The notes under the pieces were generated by a model, which was not told the origin of the DNA, did not search any database, and was given only the letters and a program-made list of their open reading frames with translations. A stretch of 63,378 bases of DNA, filler included, from Trichodelitschia bisporula (lineage: Eukaryota), in assembly GCA_010356995.1 (NCBI GenBank). It is 5 parts of 4 records of this genome, joined end to end, with 100 filler letters (N's around TTAATTAATTAA, not from the genome) between each part and the next. Parts side by side here need not be neighbours in the genome. Positions count along the whole stretch, not along the records: positions 60,120 to 63,378 come from ML996718.1; 4 more parts are not named here. One strand, 5' to 3'. This document shows, in pieces, positions 60,242 to 63,378 of this stretch. The stretch's first letter is position 1. Each line of letters begins with the position of its first letter. Position numbers and translations under genes: made by a program.

Positions 60242-63200
60242 ATGGCGTCAAAGGGGCTCGGGCCGGACGATTTGATCCAGCCGTCGAAGAGGCTGAAGAT
60301 CTCGTCATCCGGGGACAGAGCCTCGTCTTCCAGCGAGGATGTTACCCTCGAGGATATCGACGTGCCGAGCGACAAACAGCAACTGGCCGAGAAGGTAGGT
60401 TCGGTCCGCGTGGCCCGCCCAAAGCTCCACAGACATCGAATCCAAATCGACTGATACTGTCCAGCTGTCTCATACGCACACGACTTCGGCTCGGATGCTG
60501 CGAGAGAGCCCGACTCAGTCCAACACCAGACGTCAACTGAAGCGCGAGGAATACACAATAGGATGGATATGCGCCCTCTCGATCGAACTCGCGGCAGCCA
60601 AACAGATGCTTGACGAAGTGCATCAGAGCCTCCGTTCGAATGCGGCTGATTCCAACACCTATGAGCTCGGCCGCATCGGTGGACACAATGTCGTGATTGC
60701 GTGCCTACCCGTAGGCCAAATGGGAACCAATGCGGCAGCCTCGGTTGCTACCCAGATGCAGTTGACATTCAACTCTGTTCGTCTCGGCCTGATGGTGGGC
60801 ATCGGAGGTGGTGTGCCGATTACAGCCGATGTACGGCTTGGGGATGTCGTCGTCAGTCAACCGTTCAAGGATCACGGCGGAGTAGTGCAGTACGACTTCG
60901 GCAAGACGACACCAGACAAGTTTGAACGGACTGGATTTCTCAATTCTCCCCCACAGGTTTTCCTGAAGGCAATACCAAGCCTAAAGGCCAGTCGCCTCCG
61001 AGAGAGAGTCGGCTTCTCACACTCTCTTTCGAAGCTCGCCCAGGACCCAATATTTGCACGGGACAAAACCGGACCGGATCATTTATACGACGCTACCTAC
61101 AATCATGAGGAGGGACCTGACGACTGCCAGAAGTGCCGGAAAGAGTACGTAGTACGACGGCAGCCGCGCAGCGAGGATGTCGTCGTCCATTACGGTACCA
61201 TAGCCTCCGGGAACCAAGTCATGCGAGATGCGACGATAAGAGACAGACTCAGCGTGGAGCTTGGAGGCGTGCTCTGCTTTGAGATGGAGGCGGCGGGGCT
61301 CATGAACAGTTTTCCGTGCCTTGTTGTGCGGGGAATATGCGACTATGCGGACTCGCATAAGAACAAGAGCTGGCAGCCATACGCGGCAGGGACGGCAGCC
61401 GCGTTTGCAAAGGAGATACTCTCCGTTTTGCAGCCGGCCGAGGTGGCCGAAACGCTCACAGTGGTTGAAGCAATCAAAGCGGTAAATGGTTGGTACGCCT
61501 GTGTTTTGACTTACCAGTTTTCACCACATACAAGAAAGCTAACCAGTAGGGAAGATCTCAACACTGTACTCAAGATCTTACCCACCGCTGAGGAGGCGCC
61601 ATTCAATGCATATCGGTCCCAAGATGCGCCAACCTGTCTTCCTGACACTCGCGTCAACCTTCTCCAGGAGATACACAGCTGGGTCGATGAAGAAAACTCA
61701 CCAAGCATCTTCTGGCTGAGTGGGTTGGCTGGAACTGGCAAGTCCACGGTGGCGCGAACAGTGGCTGCCAGGTATTCCGTGAAAGAATCTCTTGGAGCCA
61801 GCTTTTTCTTCTCTCGAGGTGGTGGAGATGTTAGCCATGCCGGCAAGTTTGTGACAAGCATCGCAGTACAACTTGCAGACAACGTGCAGGCTCTGAAGCC
61901 GACCATCTGTGATGCTATCACTAAGCGCAGCAACATCGCAAGCCTGTCTCTACTCGACCAGTGGCATCATCTTGTCCTCGGTCCATTGTCGAAGCTCAAA
62001 GGCAACCAATTCCCTTTTGCATTTATGCTGGTGGTTGACGCGCTCGACGAGTGCGAGGATGAGAACAGCATACGGATCATTCTGCAACTGTTGGCGGAAG
62101 CTCAGTCGTTGAAGAGGCCACGGCTCCGAGTGTTTTTGACGAGCAGACCTGAAGTTCCTATCCGGCATGGCTTTTTCAAAATTCCGGAAGACGAACACCG
62201 GGATTTTGTACTCCACAATATATCACCATCGATTGTTGACCACGATATCCGCACTTTTCTACGGCATCAACTCGCATGCATTGCCCACGAATATTCTCTT
62301 CACGCTGGCTGGCCAGGCGAGCAGATCATTCATCGCCTTGTCCAGCACGCAAGTGGCCTGTTTATCTGGGCAGCAACCGCATGCCGCTTTATTCATGAAG
62401 GAAAACGATTTGCTACAAAGAGACTGGATACGATCCTGGACCAAAGTCGCACTGTTGTCAATGCCCCAGTGAAGCAGCTCAACGAAATTTACAAAGCGGT
62501 CCTTCACCACTGCATTTCTCCCGGCTATTCAGACGAGGAGAAAGATGAGATCCAATCTAAGCTCAAAGGTCTTCTTGGAAGCATTGTTACCCTGCTCTCT
62601 CCACTTTCCACCCAGTCCTTGAGCAAGCTGCTCAACATCCCACAGGATGATGTGAGTCAGACAATGGGTGACATTCACGCCATTTTGGACATTCCGAAGG
62701 AACCAGGTTACGCACTCCGTTTACACCACCCTTCATTCCGTGACTTCCTTCTCGACTCGAAGAGAAGCGGAGATACAGGTCTCTGGGTCGATGAAAAGCA
62801 AGCACATCAAGCCCTTGCCACGAAATGCATACAGGTCATGTCCAAATCCCTTAAGCAAGACTTGCTGGAAATCGGCTGTCCGGGTGCGCCTGCAGCAGAA
62901 ATCGAGAACGATCGACTACAGCGATGTCTCCCTGCTGAAGTACAATACGCATGCCTCTACTGGATCCAGCATGCTCAGAAGGGTGGCTCCCAGCTTAGAG
63001 ATGATGACCAAGTTCATCGGTTTCTAAAGGAGCATCTTCTTCATTGGCTTGAGGCGCTTGGATGGATGCAGAAGGTTTCCGAAGGGTTTCATGCCATCGT
63101 GTCTTTGGAGTCCATGATATCGGTAAGCTGGACGTAAAGCAGAGTGGGGATACTTGGCTGATACTTGGTTTAGGCGCAGAGGTGTCCGCGACTATCGGAG

Positions 63201-63378
63201 TTTGTTCATGACATGAAACGATTTATCCTCTACCACCGGTCAGCCATCGAACTAGCCCCCTTGCAGACATATTGCAGTGCGCTGGTATTTTCCCCGGCAG
63301 CAAGTCTTGTAAAAAGGCAGTTTCAAAGCCAAAAGCCTCTGTGGATGCCCCGACTGCCGCAGGTTAGGGACAACTGGG
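60242..63378 (+). CDS. Fungal NLR, PNP_UDP + NACHT (HET-E-like), probably WD40 beyond the window
   Basis: Exon 1 60242-60394 and intron to 60464 in frame; YTIGWICAL...CFEMEAAG...DYADSHKNK; CLPDTR, GLAGTGKST, LVVDALDEC, FLTSRPE, LFIWAAT, LHWLEAL; intron at ~63123, then APLQTYCSALVFSP...VRDNW. Confidence 0.93.

Noticed and set aside
1..63378. Starship giant transposon suggested by NLR/PNP cargo-like genes
   Set aside because: No DUF3435 tyrosine-recombinase captain or element boundary is recognisable in the window; one outside the window cannot be excluded.

Overview
This is genomic DNA from a filamentous ascomycete: GT-AG introns with CTRAC branch sites, plus recognisable NirA, Ras1 and PP4 genes. 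It consists of five contigs joined by artificial 100-bp N44-TTAATTAATTAA-N44 linkers, so adjacency across the gaps is unproven. An ordinary core block (~24.7-45.3 kb) holds a bZIP-like gene, ras1, a CinA/MoCF-domain FPY1-like gene, a Coa2-like gene, the PP4 catalytic subunit, an MFS permease, a GH125 gene and nirA. The flanking accessory DNA is a mosaic of three short solo-LTR families (about 174, 141 and 217-279 bp, several with exact 5-bp TSDs), Ty1/copia and Ty3/gypsy remnants, and fungal NLR genes or pieces (PNP_UDP-NACHT, PNP_UDP-NB-ARC, a SesB-like hydrolase N-terminus, three HNWD-type WD40 C-termini). It also carries broken fragments of host genes: Scc2 twice, OGT, an IBR domain, a G1 peptidase and a C2H2 gene. 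The best candidate for an undescribed system is a tandem trio of divergent paralogs at 10.1-13.8 kb. They resemble AbiEii-type nucleotidyltransferase-fold proteins but lack the catalytic DxD and share a distinctive C-terminal motif. All family calls come from motif recognition by eye; no searches were run.
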